Shown: positions 22,591-24,444 of the stretch, piece by piece | Layout of the letters: each line of letters begins with the position of its first letter | Position numbering within the stretch: the first letter of the stretch is position 1 | Source of the DNA: Amoebophrya sp. A120 | Taxonomy: Eukaryota; Protista; Dinoflagellata | Length of the DNA stretch: 24,444 nt | Reading direction: 5' to 3' | NCBI GenBank assembly: GCA_905178155.1 | Contig: CAJINV010000039.1 | Span: 1-24,444 of the forward strand | Notes under the pieces: model-generated | Databases searched by the model: none | Told to the model about the DNA's origin: nothing | Seen by the model: only the letters and a program-made list of their open reading frames with translations | Position numbers and translations under genes: made by a program

Positions 22591-23119
22591 CAAGTTGGCG
22601 ACCCGTCTGCAGGCCATGATCAAGGACGGTGAGTACAAGGTGGAGAGCTCCAGCTTCGGCAAGGCGTTCCCGACGGTTGAGTACGACGAGGACAAGACTG
22701 CCGCTTCCAAGAAGCGCCCCCAGGCTAGTGGTAATGATGAGGACGGTAAAACTTTCATGTCTGCGACTGCTCTCAAGCGGTTCAAGGCTAAACTGAAAAA
22801 GAAAGTTACCGCCGAAGTCCACGCAAGCCAGGGTGGTGATTCTTCTACCCGTAAGAAGGGGAAGGGCAAGAAGGACAAGAAGTTCAAGGATTACAAGAAG
22901 AATATCCAGTGCTACAAGTGCTATGACTGGGGTCACTACGCGCGGGAGTGTCCTACCGCTGCTGCGTCTACGGGTGGGAAACCCAAAGGCAAAGGCAAAG
23001 GAGGGGGCAACGCGTACACCGGCTTCGGTGAACCCACGGTCTACCAGGACTGGGGTGGTGCCTGGGTCTGGCATGATGCTAGCGCTGGATCGGGATCCGG
23101 AAAGCCCGGAACGAGCTGA
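22586..23119 (+). CDS. gag: Gag, C-terminal nucleocapsid part with zinc knuckle
   Basis: CYKCYDWGHYAREC (CX2CX4HX4C) at 22910-22951, with Lys/Gly-rich flanks. Confidence 0.85.
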   Translation, partial: GDKLATRLQAMIKDGEYKVESSSFGKAFPTVEYDEDKTAASKKRPQASGNDEDGKTFMSATALKRFKAKLKKKVTAEVHASQGGDSSTRKKGKGKKDKKFKDYKKNIQCYKCYDWGHYARECPTAAASTGGKPKGKGKGGGNAYTGFGEPTVYQDWGGAWVWHDASAGSGSGKPGTS

Positions 23120-24444
23120 GATGAGGATCAAGATCCGGAACGGGGAAGATGTTGTTTGAACTTTGAGGCGGATGAAGTGCATTACAAGAGTTTCGTAGAT
23201 TCGGTTAACTCTGCTGCTACTATGTTGTCTGTTGTTGATTATTGTGCAGCCAGTTACCTAGGTGTAAAGCAGGTAAACCTAGTTGACAGCTGTGCAAATA
23301 GATACTTATCCAAGCACGCTGATGATTTTAAGAACATCACGGGCCGACGCTGTACCATCAACGGAACAGCTGGCGCACGGGATGGATTTATAGGAGAATT
23401 GCAACCCAACCAATTAAACCTGCGACATGGTGTTTATTTTAAAGATCTACCGAAGGACATTGATAGGATTTTGCCTTGGCTCGGTGAAGGTAACATGTCA
23501 CAAGTAGGATGGGAGCTTACCTTTCACAGCACCGGCGGAACCATTGCTCACACTGGTACCGGCCGCGTGTTGGACATAAAGAATCGTCCCAGAATGTGCC
23601 TTCCCGTCCTTGGTTGCCACTTGTTTGACCTGCAGGAGGCAGATGCTGCGGACGGCTTTGTCTGTACTTCTGTCGCCGAGGTATCCACTAGTAGTTGTTA
23701 CTTGACTAAGTTAGAGCTACATAGACGTCTTGGACATTTCCATGTGGACGGGCTCAACGTCAGTTGTCCCGAATGCGATAGAACTAAAGGACAGAGGAAC
23801 CCACATGCGAAAGTAAGAAATGTTGAGAATTATAAACCTCAACCACTAAAACTATTAGCGTTTGACTTCGGTGTCGGTGTGAAGCCCATGTCTATCATGA
23901 AGCACACCTGTGTCCTTGTTGGTATCTGTGACGCCATCAAGAAGTGTTTTGTCAGGCCTCTTTTGTACAAGAGCGACTGCGTGGAGGAGTTGGAAGACAT
24001 TATCAAAGGCATTCGCGCAGACTGGTCATTGTCCTTGGATGGCAAGGTCGTTTGGTTCCTGAGACGGGACAATGAGCCAGTTCTGGGCAGTGAGCACATG
24101 ACCAAGGTCATGCAATCGCTGCAGATCTGTGACGCTCCAATTGTTCCTCACAATCCAGAGCAAAACGGAACCTGCGAACGTTTTATGCGGACGCTGTTCG
24201 GCTCCTGCCGTACACTGTTGGTTCACGTCGATCGCCGTCCGTGGTCCTATGCCATAGTCTACAGCGGTGATTGTTGGGACCGGCTGCCGCATAAATATGC
24301 AAAGATGCCAGAGCATGACGGAGAGACTCCGATAGAGATCCTTGAGAAGAGGACAGGAAGGAACAGTGCGAAGCAAGGCATTGGCCTGCTCAGGCGTTTT
24401 GGTTGTCTTGTTTACTTTCGTGAACAAATCAAGACGGACAGAGA
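23120..24444 (+). CDS. pol: Pol (aspartic protease, HHCC, DDE integrase), partial; absent from the ORF track
   Basis: Stop-free frame to the window end. LVDSCA (Asp at 23285), HRRLGH...CPEC (23720-23776), and D 23864, D 24068, E 24176 with D(35)E spacing. Confidence 0.92.

Larger units (their letters stand above)
21976..24444 (+). mobile_element. Ty1/Copia LTR retrotransposon, internal region (3'-truncated by the window; 5' LTR not delimited)
   Basis: Order is gag-CCHC, protease, integrase with no RT before the integrase. Copia-type motifs LHRRLGH, PEQNGTCER and LRRFGCLVY. Confidence 0.92.

Overview
Eukaryotic genomic DNA with three parts. (1) Bases <1-20013 on the + strand appear to be one giant, 5'-truncated, multi-exon gene of about 14-15 exons and roughly 5,000 aa. 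It reads: long unknown N-terminal region, SecA-like SF2 ATPase, TPR/coiled region, Gly/Ala-rich hydrophobic segment, an apparently circularly permuted OTU-like Cys protease, a Gly-Gly motif, then a His-rich ~250-aa C-terminal tip. This resembles a self-translocating, self-cleaving polymorphic toxin or immune effector (inference). (2) Most introns end in inverted repeats (IR), and many sit between short direct repeats (DR) with non-GT-AG ends. These resemble the introner elements described in the parasitic dinoflagellate Amoebophrya, so a Syndiniales origin is plausible but not proven. (3) From ~21976 to the window end is a Ty1/Copia LTR retrotransposon (gag with a CCHC knuckle, protease, integrase). 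It has a +1 frame change at GGG-TGA-C inside gag and an in-frame TGA between gag and pol. Splice points were inferred by hand from frame, motif continuity and repeats; several have alternatives.
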